Part shown: positions 56,813 through 64,000 of the stretch, one piece after another
Layout: each line of letters starts with the position of its first letter
How positions within the stretch are numbered: position 1 is the stretch's first letter
Origin: a virus
Virus record (IMG/VR): IMGVR_UViG_3300030107_002332
Reading direction: 5' to 3' (one strand)
DNA: 64,000 bases
Translations under genes and position numbers: made by a program
Notes under the pieces: generated by a model
What the model was told of the DNA's origin: nothing
Database searches by the model: none
The model's input: only the letters and a program-made list of their open reading frames with translations

Positions 56813-56981
56813 AGTATTCCTCATTTTGGTACTTTTTCTTGTTAGTTTTAGATCTATATTTGTCTGAAGAATCTTCTCGAAATTCAGATCTATTTAAACC
56901 TCGTTGACGCTTATCTCGGAGTGATTTACCTGGTGAGGAATATCCTCGTTCAGCACCACCTCTTCTAAATGTCTTTCCCAT
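56799..56981 (-). CDS. very basic hypothetical protein
   Basis: ORF track. Confidence 0.7.
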   Translation of the reverse strand: MGKTFRRGGAERGYSSPGKSLRDKRQRGLNRSEFREDSSDKYRSKTNKKKYQNEEYYGTT

Positions 56982-57029
56982 TGTTAGTTGTTTGAAACAA
57001 TAAACGACTATGTAATTTTATGTATGTTA

Positions 57030-57263
57030 TTAATCACTACTACGATAGATTGTATCTGTAGTGTTTGCTACCCTTTTAATAAGTTCTTCAGATTGAACTT
57101 GAGGTTGCTGTCTATTAACAACATTAATTTCTTCAAAACAAAACCCACACCCTGCTAAAAAATCTCCAACATGCTCAACAGCATCTTGAATGTATACAGA
57201 ATTAAAATGTTTGGTTGTTGTTACTCCATCTTCATCTATGGATTGTAAGTAAAAGGATGGCAT
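57030..57263 (-). CDS. hypothetical protein
   Basis: ORF track; downstream of a sigma70-like promoter. Confidence 0.7.
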   Translation of the reverse strand: MPSFYLQSIDEDGVTTTKHFNSVYIQDAVEHVGDFLAGCGFCFEEINVVNRQQPQVQSEELIKRVANTTDTIYRSSD

Positions 57264-57286
57264 TATATTTGCTCAATTACCCTATG

Positions 57287-57315
57287 AGTATAACACATTA
57301 TTTTTGTATTGTCTA
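57287..57315 (-). promoter_or_regulatory. host-type sigma70 promoter TAGACA-N17-TATACT with extended -10
   Basis: plus strand tgtcta 57310-57315 and agtata 57287-57292; TG at the extended -10 position. Confidence 0.7.
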
Positions 57316-57834
57316 TCCTATGTGACACTTTGGATCGTGCACATAGTTGAAGTTGATAACCATCCTAAACGGTTGATCGGTACATGTTGTGCCTGTATGC
57401 TTCATTCTATTATCAAATACTACAAATCTATTCTGTACTGACTCAACTATTGTACCATCCTCAAATTTAGTATATCCATTATTAGTATTCAAATAGAATA
57501 CTGCTGTCTTAATATAATCTAAGTGTACACCATCCTGTATATCATTATGAAATCCATGCTCTATTATATTCTCCGTAGGCATGTTAAGATTTGCTTTAAT
57601 TTTAATTAGTGCTACTGGTTGTATCTTCTGAAAGAATGGAAACAATAGTTCTAGGGTATCCATTGATAAGAAATGTCTCTCGTAAAATACATGTGATAAT
57701 TGTCTATTAGTAAGATAATTGTCCTCAGTATCATCAAGAACCTTAGTCATATTCCATTTAAACTCATGGTGCTTCATGTATGAGAATAGTTTCTGGAATA
57801 TCTCATCAGGTAAGAAGTTATCGTATATCTTCAT
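57313..57834 (-). CDS. 2OG-Fe(II) oxygenase; start re-called at MKIYDNF
   Basis: HGFHND (HxD), TAVFYLNTNNGYT, KHTGTT (distal His), RMVINFNY; ATGA overlap with the upstream gene. Confidence 0.82.
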   Translation of the reverse strand: MKIYDNFLPDEIFQKLFSYMKHHEFKWNMTKVLDDTEDNYLTNRQLSHVFYERHFLSMDTLELLFPFFQKIQPVALIKIKANLNMPTENIIEHGFHNDIQDGVHLDYIKTAVFYLNTNNGYTKFEDGTIVESVQNRFVVFDNRMKHTGTTCTDQPFRMVINFNYVHDPKCHIG

Positions 57835-59522
57835 TTCTTCAGTAATAATATATAAAGACCATTCCACCATGAAGAATCATCTTCTGGTTTGTTAGTTAAT
57901 AGTTTACGTTCAAAGATTACATTAAGTTTCATAATACGAATGAACTCATCTACAGACTCAATAACATTAGGCATATTAGCATCATCAATGATAAGAATAA
58001 ACTCATCTTTACAGAACTGGTAAACATGTTTAAGATTAATATATTGTGCTTGAGGATCGTGATCTGCATCATAGAATATAACATTAACTTCCTCTGGTAA
58101 TGCTATGTTCTGTATATCCTCCTCAATTAATTTATAATCATATCTCTTATCAGGATACCAAGGTGGTTCCAATAATACTGCTTTAGGGTTCTGATACCCT
58201 TTAAAGTTTAAATCATCCCTGTTAGGATATGTTGGTTGTTTATAGTTATCAACTGCATATCCCTTAACATTATTATTCTGTAATGCTGAATAGAATGTAC
58301 CACCAGCATAACATCCAAGTTCTAAGTATACTGTATCAGATAATGAACAGATATTATTTAAGAAGTGTTTAGTTATATTTGATGTAAGTGATTCTATTGC
58401 AACTCCTGTATAGTTACTATCTAATCTCTCTGCCTTGTCTATTGACTCTAATATATGAGGTATTTTAGGATTAACTTCTATATCACCTTTACCATGTTTG
58501 TATACTGTATCACAGTAATTACACTTCCAACAGTTAAACTTACATGTCTTTATCTTATCTCTCCATACATCAATAGGTCTCTCTTTAATATCAACAACAT
58601 CAATATATTCTCTGAAATCAGAGAACAAATACTCTTCATTATTTGCCCATCTATCAATAATATCCATAGTCTCTTTAAGACGTAATGGTGCTTCTCTTCC
58701 ATGCATTTTAAATACATCAATTACATCTAAGAACTCAATCCAATCTTCTTTCCAAGGTGGTAGATTTGCTGCCTTAAGTGATGCTGCCCCATCAAGTGCA
58801 TCCCATTTACTACAACTAACTCTGCTAATCCTACTGTTAAAGTATTGAGGATCATCAGCATCTCTAGTATTATTATAGTGATAATGTTCTGGCATGATAG
58901 GACAATTACCCCAACAACCCTCATTAGTTAATAATGATAGTTTAATGGGATATCCCTGTTCAGCACAGTATTCTTTCGCCTCTTTGATTTCATTTAATCT
59001 ATCCCTATCTCTCATCAAGTCTCTATCTAGGTTTATATAATGGAAACCTGCTCTTGCAAGTTCAACTATCTCATTAGGTCTAGTAACTTCTCTTAGTATA
59101 GTATTCTTAATGTATAATTCAGGATATTGTTTCTGTATCTCTCCAGTTAATACCCATGATGTATGAGGTAGAGTAACAATCTTAATGCCAGCATTATATA
59201 ATGATTCAAAGTTATGAATCCATGTTTCTAAATTCTTTTGATCTGGTCTAACATATAGATTATTAAATGTTGCTGATAATGGTATACCTGATTCATTAGA
59301 TAACCATAATGCCATCTCAATGACTTGGAACTCCATGTCTTGAGTATAAAATACGTCACCCATTGCATCCTGTGTAAAGGGTGGCATCCTTGTAGTAAAA
59401 TATAAATCATATATTAGATCCTTATTTCTTATTAAGAACTGTAGATACTCATTCTTAATAAAATCTGGATCTAATTTAGGATTAATAGGAACTGAAAATA
59501 TTTTATTCTTCAACTGCATCAC
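57831..59522 (-). CDS. U32-peptidase-like Fe-S enzyme fused to a class I SAM methyltransferase (Methyltransf_24-like), 563 aa
   Basis: N-part: YINLDRD, LLTNEGCWGNCP, SCSKW, VFKMHGRE, CKFNCWKCNYC. C-part: YLELGCYAGGT, IFYDADH, ILIIDD. Confidence 0.72.
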   Translation of the reverse strand: MMQLKNKIFSVPINPKLDPDFIKNEYLQFLIRNKDLIYDLYFTTRMPPFTQDAMGDVFYTQDMEFQVIEMALWLSNESGIPLSATFNNLYVRPDQKNLETWIHNFESLYNAGIKIVTLPHTSWVLTGEIQKQYPELYIKNTILREVTRPNEIVELARAGFHYINLDRDLMRDRDRLNEIKEAKEYCAEQGYPIKLSLLTNEGCWGNCPIMPEHYHYNNTRDADDPQYFNSRISRVSCSKWDALDGAASLKAANLPPWKEDWIEFLDVIDVFKMHGREAPLRLKETMDIIDRWANNEEYLFSDFREYIDVVDIKERPIDVWRDKIKTCKFNCWKCNYCDTVYKHGKGDIEVNPKIPHILESIDKAERLDSNYTGVAIESLTSNITKHFLNNICSLSDTVYLELGCYAGGTFYSALQNNNVKGYAVDNYKQPTYPNRDDLNFKGYQNPKAVLLEPPWYPDKRYDYKLIEEDIQNIALPEEVNVIFYDADHDPQAQYINLKHVYQFCKDEFILIIDDANMPNVIESVDEFIRIMKLNVIFERKLLTNKPEDDSSWWNGLYILLLKK

Positions 59523-60261
59523 TAATCATCTTGCGTGATGGCATACCCTCTTCCAAGAAACTAATCTCTTGTTCTGCTTTTAGTCTCATTCTTTCCATAC
59601 CTGATTTAATACTACCAGCATACTTTAATGCTATATCAATAGTTTTAGATTGATCTTCTTCAGGCATCATCAAGATAGAATCTATATTACCAACATTAAT
59701 AGTACCATAACCAATAAGATCAACAGCAGATTGCTTTGCCATTCTTGCAACCCAATACTTATGTTCTTCTTCCTTATCTAATACCATATATGATGCAACT
59801 TCCTGTTCATCATCACATTGTTCTTTAATCCAATCTAAAAAGTATCTCAATTCCATTTCAGATTGAGTCAATCGTTTAACATATTCCTTTCTATCAATTT
59901 GCTTATCGTTTAACTCAACATATAATAATCTTGCATCAAAATCAGTTTTACCTGGTATATCTCCCTCTTTAAATCCTAACTTCTCTAACTCATGTACTTT
60001 CTTATCTATCTCAATATCTGCACGTTGTATCTCAATGTGCATCTTATTGATACCATGATTTCTTGTTGCTACTTCTAATAATGCTTGTCTTACTGCTCTA
60101 TACTTAGTAGCATGTGATCCTGCTACAAAGTTAGTACATTGAAATTCTGTTTGAGGAAATGGAGTTACATTGGCGTTCTTTCTAATGAACGTATCAAATT
60201 CATCAAAGGAAACTTGGGGTGACCCGTCCTGCATTGTATGTTCGGTATCCATCTGAGTCAT
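59503..60261 (-). CDS. coiled-coil protein, putative fibre-associated partner
   Basis: heptad-rich centre; YWVARMAKQSAVDLIGYG.I..GNIDSI motif; exact start uncertain (60234-60261). Confidence 0.65.
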   Translation of the reverse strand: MTQMDTEHTMQDGSPQVSFDEFDTFIRKNANVTPFPQTEFQCTNFVAGSHATKYRAVRQALLEVATRNHGINKMHIEIQRADIEIDKKVHELEKLGFKEGDIPGKTDFDARLLYVELNDKQIDRKEYVKRLTQSEMELRYFLDWIKEQCDDEQEVASYMVLDKEEEHKYWVARMAKQSAVDLIGYGTINVGNIDSILMMPEEDQSKTIDIALKYAGSIKSGMERMRLKAEQEISFLEEGMPSRKMISDAVEE

Positions 60262-60766
60262 ATTTAGATAATGCTAATGCTTGAGTTCTTGGTAACTCAT
60301 CACCAAGATAGTCCTCATATATTATATTGATATCTTCCATTGTACTGCAATTATCAATAGATGTCAATAAGGCACTGTTATATGTAGCATGTGAATCACC
60401 AAGTTTACTGATACCATACTCAACTAATTTCTTAGCGACTTTCTTCATTAATGATACACATGTTGCTCTATCTTCATCACTAATTTCTGTTTTAATCTTC
60501 TGTGAATTACCATTACCATCATCAGTCCACTCACTTGTATGTGTCCTTACTTCTGCCCATAATTGTCCACCTTTAATTGCTTCATTCTCAGATATCTTAT
60601 CTAATGTCCAACCATTCATATACTCATCTATAGTTTCTTGTGTTACACCACAGATTGCATATTTAATTTTATTATTAACATACATCAATCTACTACCTCT
60701 TACTTCAACAGGTAGATCTTCAACATCATGTATGAAGAATATTAAATTGGGATCGTATAATGCCAT
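60203..60766 (-). CDS. hypothetical protein (possible fibre assembly factor)
   Basis: ORF track; TAATG overlap with the upstream propeller gene. Confidence 0.7.
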   Translation of the reverse strand: MALYDPNLIFFIHDVEDLPVEVRGSRLMYVNNKIKYAICGVTQETIDEYMNGWTLDKISENEAIKGGQLWAEVRTHTSEWTDDGNGNSQKIKTEISDEDRATCVSLMKKVAKKLVEYGISKLGDSHATYNSALLTSIDNCSTMEDINIIYEDYLGDELPRTQALALSKYDSDGYRTYNAGRVTPSFL

Positions 60767-61773
60767 TAGTATGAGGGGGGTGTAATTCCGTAAGAAGAGT
60801 TATTAAATGAGAAAGCAGAAGCATTGCCAGCACTGGACATTCCATTGTGTCCTTTAGGTTCCATACCTCCACCACCTGAACTATATGTATCACTTGTAGT
60901 AGAGAACTTGTATGAATTATTATTCTGTGAACCGTTATAATGTCCTAAACAATATCCTTTAAAGTTACCTTGCTGATAATTCTCTTCACCTGAGTTCTGT
61001 ACGTTGAATGTAGATATATTAGCACCAGTATCATCATTACATTTTGCTAAACCCGTAACACAGTTACCACCCGTCTTCATATAGAAATGACCCATCCAAC
61101 TACCACATGCTTTACCCCATCCGTTAGTTCCTGGTGAATTACTCCATGTTGACCATGACTCATTTGCCCATGTCATATATTGAGCAGTACCACCTGTCTT
61201 CATGTATCCTCTTAATCTTCCTTGTGTCCCTGCTGTATAGTCACCACCACTACCAAATCCATTAGTAGTAGCATTAGAATCATTCTTCATATTAGTTCTA
61301 TCAGTGGTGCTATTACCACCTCCACTAATATAGATATGAGCACCCATGTAATGATAATCAATCATACATCCCATGTCATTCCTACTAACATTCATTCCAG
61401 ATTGATTACCTCTGTTTGATTCATTGCTCATTTGCATTGACCAAACTCTGTTAGACCATCCAGAGAATGAATTATCAGTACCATAGCAATACATGTGAAG
61501 ATCACTAAATGCACCATCAATATATGATCCAGCATCATTCATCTTGTCACCAAGATTAGTTGATGTATCATTACTATGTTGTGTCCTATTTACATTTCTC
61601 CAAGGAGCAGCATTTTTATATCCTCCAGCAACGAACCCATGCGTACATATCCTTGATCTCTCCCAAGGTGTAGCAGTAGGTCCATGTTCACTACCTTGTG
61701 ATCTACTATGCTTTGCTCTACCAGAGGTTACAAATGGTCCTTGTGCAGTAGCACTTGCCGTTAGTCCTGACAT
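60766..61773 (-). CDS. Gly/Asn/Ser-rich Kelch-like beta-propeller protein, 335 aa
   Basis: ~40-45-aa periodic blades: GFVAGGY, MYCYG, IYISGGG, GYMKTGG, FYMKTGG, GYCLGHY. Confidence 0.6.
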   Translation of the reverse strand: MSGLTASATAQGPFVTSGRAKHSRSQGSEHGPTATPWERSRICTHGFVAGGYKNAAPWRNVNRTQHSNDTSTNLGDKMNDAGSYIDGAFSDLHMYCYGTDNSFSGWSNRVWSMQMSNESNRGNQSGMNVSRNDMGCMIDYHYMGAHIYISGGGNSTTDRTNMKNDSNATTNGFGSGGDYTAGTQGRLRGYMKTGGTAQYMTWANESWSTWSNSPGTNGWGKACGSWMGHFYMKTGGNCVTGLAKCNDDTGANISTFNVQNSGEENYQQGNFKGYCLGHYNGSQNNNSYKFSTTSDTYSSGGGGMEPKGHNGMSSAGNASAFSFNNSSYGITPPSY

Positions 61774-61786
61774 TCAAGTTCCCTCC

Positions 61787-62323
61787 TTATGTGTAGAAGT
61801 TCTGGTTAGCATAAATTCGGAAGTCATTATTACCGATCTTCATTATAGTATATGTGTATACATCAACAGAGTTAGTATGTCCTGAGTTAGGAGTACCAAA
61901 TCCACCTAACCATTTTGGTGTCTTACCACTACCATCTATTTGCCATCCATTATTATAATATGCTGTACTACCTTGCTGAACATATAGTACAAATGTAAGA
62001 GACTGATCTGTACTCATTTCACTATTCAATGTAACTGAAGAACTACCTCTAAAGTTCACTGTCCAGTTACCACCAGCATTACCAGTATAATGATATATTT
62101 GTGCAGTCTGAAAATCTAAATTAATAGTTCCTGATAAAGCACTACTTGAGTTTACTATTGTCTCTTTACCTCCACCACCTCCTGCTGGTGCTGCCCACGC
62201 TAAAACTCCAGCACCATTTGTGGTAAGCACATCATTGGCATTACCTTGTACATTTGGATAGGTATTAGTTCCTGCAATGAGACTGGTGCTTACTGTTGCA
62301 GTACCTACTGTAAGTGCTGACAT
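61787..62323 (-). CDS. short tail-fibre-like protein, 178 aa
   Basis: NDVLTTNGAGVLAW fibre motif and C-terminal KWLGG..P....NSVDVYTYTIMK domain; late promoter upstream. Confidence 0.7.
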   Translation of the reverse strand: MSALTVGTATVSTSLIAGTNTYPNVQGNANDVLTTNGAGVLAWAAPAGGGGGKETIVNSSSALSGTINLDFQTAQIYHYTGNAGGNWTVNFRGSSSVTLNSEMSTDQSLTFVLYVQQGSTAYYNNGWQIDGSGKTPKWLGGFGTPNSGHTNSVDVYTYTIMKIGNNDFRIYANQNFYT

Positions 62324-62347
62324 TTATTCTATACTATTTCTCTCAGT

Positions 62348-62355
62348 TATTTATA
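62348..62355 (-). promoter_or_regulatory. T4-type late promoter TATAAATA
   Basis: exact consensus overlapping the permease stop, about 25 nt upstream of the 62323 start. Confidence 0.75.
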
Positions 62356-63376
62356 TAATCAATGTGAAGAACCCATACGTTATTAAACATGCACACAATC
62401 CTCCTAATACTTTATAATATTTCTTGATAGGTGTACCAAAATACTGTTGACCAATCATTAAACACTTATGTGCTGGTGATAATAGATAACCAGAATACTC
62501 TGTAGTTAAGAACCATACAAGATATTGTGGTCCAAATATAGCAACTAACGCTGAAGTCATACCAGCATACTTACCACTACTACCCATAATATATGCTGCT
62601 ACTGCTGCTACAATACTAACAGGTATAATCATAGTAGTATCTGCACTCTTAAGATACTCCATCACTGGTGCATGTATCTGTTTAACTACACCACCTAATG
62701 CCAATACTACTGTTGCAATGATAGCAAACTTACCATCCAAATATTTACCCCACTTCCAATCTTTACATATAATACTATAATAACATGCCATAGCAGCAAA
62801 CCAAGGGAAGAAGAATATAGCACCTGCTTTACCTACACATAATAAGAACCATAGTGTAGCAATAAATGGTGCCCATCCTCTTAATGCTCTCTTCCAATTA
62901 AAATCACTAATATTACTCATGTCAGGAACAACACTTTGAGGATCTACCTTAGTAAAAATATACCACCATGTATATGCTAAACATATACACAATGGTACAA
63001 TAGTATATCCTAAAAATGTAGTATAACTTATACCCATGACTGCCATAGGTAGTGCCACAGTCTTTTCAAGTGGACTCCACCAATAGTAATGATGAGTAGA
63101 AAGATAATCAATTATACCAAACTCACTTCTCTTTCTCTTATTTTCTGGTGCTATAGCATCTAATAATGGTGCTGATAGTGCTACTCTACCAGGTATAGGT
63201 AGGACTCCACCAAATATAGATGTAATGATTATCATCACACGATTATCTTTTACATATCTCTTTGCTAATGAATATACATCATCCAATACATGATATTGAC
63301 GAATAAATCCACCCAATATCATAATACCGAAAATGTAACCCATGTAGAGTTCATTCTTAAGGATCGCTGATAACAT
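62351..63376 (-). CDS. multi-pass membrane permease, DUF401-like / IT superfamily, 341 aa
   Basis: many hydrophobic segments; GGVLPIPGRVALSAPLL and GYLLSPAHKCLMIGQQYFG recall DUF401 G.LPMPGGAL.SAP and G.LLSP.H.CL...YF motifs. Confidence 0.68.
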   Translation of the reverse strand: MLSAILKNELYMGYIFGIMILGGFIRQYHVLDDVYSLAKRYVKDNRVMIIITSIFGGVLPIPGRVALSAPLLDAIAPENKRKRSEFGIIDYLSTHHYYWWSPLEKTVALPMAVMGISYTTFLGYTIVPLCICLAYTWWYIFTKVDPQSVVPDMSNISDFNWKRALRGWAPFIATLWFLLCVGKAGAIFFFPWFAAMACYYSIICKDWKWGKYLDGKFAIIATVVLALGGVVKQIHAPVMEYLKSADTTMIIPVSIVAAVAAYIMGSSGKYAGMTSALVAIFGPQYLVWFLTTEYSGYLLSPAHKCLMIGQQYFGTPIKKYYKVLGGLCACLITYGFFTLII

Positions 63377-63875
63377 AGTTTAAATTTAATACCATTCTAT
63401 ATGTCTGATCGCTGCATGATACAGACGTATGCTTTATATAGTTTGGAAATGTGACCAATCTATTTGCAACACTGTGTATTTTAACACCATCCTCAAATTC
63501 TGTCCACCCATTATTAGTATTCATATAAAATATGGACACCATAACTGATGGATTTGTAGTGTTTGTTATGTCAACATGTAGATTATGTTTTAATTGAGTA
63601 TCATGTTGTAGAGTAATATTTCCTTTAATTCTCAACACAGCAAGAGGATCTATCTTCTTGACTAAAGGAAATAATATATTACACCCATCCATTGCCATAT
63701 TATTTTCATAAAAGTAATGAACGAATTGCATATTACGCAACTTATTACCTTCATGCTCTTCTGCATCAATACTTGATGGATACCAAGGGAATGATGGCAT
63801 GAGTAACTCATTAGATAATGTATTAAATGTACCAGTATCTAAAAAGTTATCAGTAATTTTATAATAGTCTTGCAC
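63357..63875 (-). CDS. 2OG-Fe(II) oxygenase, paralogue of 57313-57834 (GTG start)
   Basis: HNLHVD, SIFYMNTNNGWTEFEDG, KHTSVSC, RMVLNLNY. Confidence 0.82.
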   Translation of the reverse strand: MQDYYKITDNFLDTGTFNTLSNELLMPSFPWYPSSIDAEEHEGNKLRNMQFVHYFYENNMAMDGCNILFPLVKKIDPLAVLRIKGNITLQHDTQLKHNLHVDITNTTNPSVMVSIFYMNTNNGWTEFEDGVKIHSVANRLVTFPNYIKHTSVSCSDQTYRMVLNLNYVISDP

Positions 63876-64000
63876 CTGCTCCCTCTTGAGTCTTATCTAC
63901 AACAACTATATACATACCATTCCACCAATCATTAGCATCTTCTAATTCTTTTGTTAATAACTTCCTTTCAAATACTACAGTCTTATCTTTTAAAAACTTC
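63859..64000 (-). CDS. C-terminal fragment of a methyltransferase paralogous to the C-terminus of 57831-59522 (gene starts beyond the window)
   Basis: own translation KFLKDKTVVFERKLLTKELEDANDWWNGMYIVVVDK versus VIFERKLLTNKPEDDSSWWNGLYILLLKK. Confidence 0.8.
   Translation of the reverse strand, partial: KFLKDKTVVFERKLLTKELEDANDWWNGMYIVVVDKTQEGAGARLL

Noticed and set aside
52169-57870. Long N-terminal extensions in track calls (53161, 55580, 57870; also 51751, 47971, 46909, 49729)
   Set aside because: They overlap other credible genes or promoter elements; downstream ATGs with coupling overlaps or RBSs fit better. No frameshift is needed.
1-64000. tRNA or rRNA genes, introns, inteins, homing endonucleases, transposases
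   Set aside because: None recognised by eye; intergenic gaps are short and no LAGLIDADG, GIY-YIG, HNH or intein motifs were seen. A tRNAscan/Infernal run would be needed to exclude RNAs formally.

Overview
AT-rich window of a T4-like marine cyanomyovirus genome (Kyanoviridae-like, probably infecting Prochlorococcus or Synechococcus). All credible genes are on the minus strand. There are three blocks. (1) 58-45313 is a late structural block: VrlC/DUF4815-like protein, gp8, a YHYH/cupredoxin protein, a gp9/gp10-like fibre connector, a giant 7,938-aa gp7-position protein, gp6, gp25 and a PAAR-like spike tip, with ho1 and a minimal SET-domain gene inserted. (2) 45555-57263 is a region of small ORFs, a DNA methyltransferase, an SF2 helicase and a 2OG-Fe(II) oxygenase. 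Seven copies of a palindrome-N29/30-(-10 box) element punctuate it, and one gene has a ~106-nt rod-like leader RNA. (3) 57313-64000 is a fibre-associated modification cassette: a U32-like Fe-S enzyme fused to a methyltransferase, paralogous 2OG-Fe(II) oxygenases, a DUF401-like permease, a propeller and a fibre. The most striking observation is inside the giant protein: 18 copies of a ~100-aa beta domain are not tandem but recursively inserted into one another (balanced nesting, depth 7), implying a branched, tree-like virion appendage encoded by one polypeptide. All family assignments come from motif recognition by eye; no searches were run.
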